Below, in pieces: positions 63,361 through 64,000 of a DNA stretch of 64,000 bases (its first letter is position 1; each line of letters begins with the position of its first letter). The translations under genes were made by a program, and so were the position numbers. The notes under the pieces were generated by a model. The model was not told the DNA's origin and searched no databases. It was given only the letters and a program-made list of their open reading frames with translations. Source of the DNA: Lama glama (lineage: Eukaryota); contig CM052817.1 of the NCBI GenBank assembly GCA_028534125.1, positions 106,828,001 to 106,892,000 of the forward strand. Reading direction: 5' to 3'.

Positions 63361-63596
63361 TTAAGGAAGTTCAGGGGGAAGGGATGGACAATTGTCAAAA
63401 TAACTTAAACAGATCTTTAACAAATACTGCATTTTTAACAAATGCTCTCTGTCTGAGTGACAGACAACAGCAAGCTTACAAAACCACGGCGAGTCAACGG
63501 AAGGAGCCATAAAACCAACTGTGAGGGTAGAGGAAAAGCAGAGGGGAGCCCGGGACCTCTGCCGTCAGTGAAAACAAGCTGCAGACAAGGACAAAG

Positions 63597-63632
63597 TCCA
63601 CTTCCTTAGCCCCTGAAAGGAAACTGAAATTC
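63597..63632. promoter_or_regulatory. PU.1/ETS site plus ISRE/EIRE-like element
   Basis: CCACTTCCTT (GGAAGTG on minus) followed by GAAAGGAAACTGAAA at 63615-63629. Confidence 0.5.
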
Positions 63633-64000
63633 CAGCGCCAAAGGAGGAGGAACTGCCCATTTTCGTCAGCTTAACTTTCTGTTCTTTTTTTCTATTTTGT
63701 TTTTTCAGTGACTATCTTTGTTAAATTACCCATGATTTAAGATGATAGACAGGTAGACAGATAGAGTTAATGTATATGTATTTTAAATCTATGAAAGTTG
63801 AGATAAAAATTGAGTAATATGCAAACAGGTGTGAGTGTTTATACATGCGTATCTATCTGAATAGATGTTATGTACATAATATATACAAAAATCTCATTTT
63901 GCCCTTGCTTTGTTACCTAGATCATTTCCAAGTCTTCTGCAAAATAAATATTTGCCCTCACTTCAGGTTTTGCTCTGGATAATTTAAAATAGCACTTTGG

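Noticed and set aside
1..64000. Prokaryotic systems (CRISPR arrays, operons, defence islands) or non-retroviral viral inserts
   Set aside because: Sequence is mammalian throughout; no repeat-spacer array, gene-dense block or recognisable viral protein.

Overview
Mammalian genomic DNA, very probably a camelid (camel/alpaca/llama): nine copies of a tRNA-Ala-derived SINE match the camelid Vic-type SINE. I could not support any protein-coding gene; the window looks intergenic or intronic and is dominated by transposable elements. Main contents: an ancient, decayed class III (ERVL) provirus with an LTR16-like 5' LTR, a tRNA-Leu primer-binding site and gag-pro-pol remnants, truncated in integrase and carrying nested SINE, L1 and young LTR insertions (3.0-8.35 kb); about ten ERV1-like solo LTRs, four from one MER41-like family; MaLR/MLT2 LTRs; many L1 3' fragments; L2, MIR and hAT relics; microsatellites; a 500-N assembly gap in CpG-rich DNA; and small CpG-rich candidate regulatory patches near 55 kb and 62.6-63.6 kb. 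The latter carries kB, RUNX, GAS, PU.1 and ISRE-like motifs. I see no convincing new biological system. The best leads are unusual retrotransposition products, a young solo LTR with a +1 stem-loop, the immune-motif cluster and one orphan ORF. Repeat family names are from memory of consensus sequences and were not confirmed by a search.
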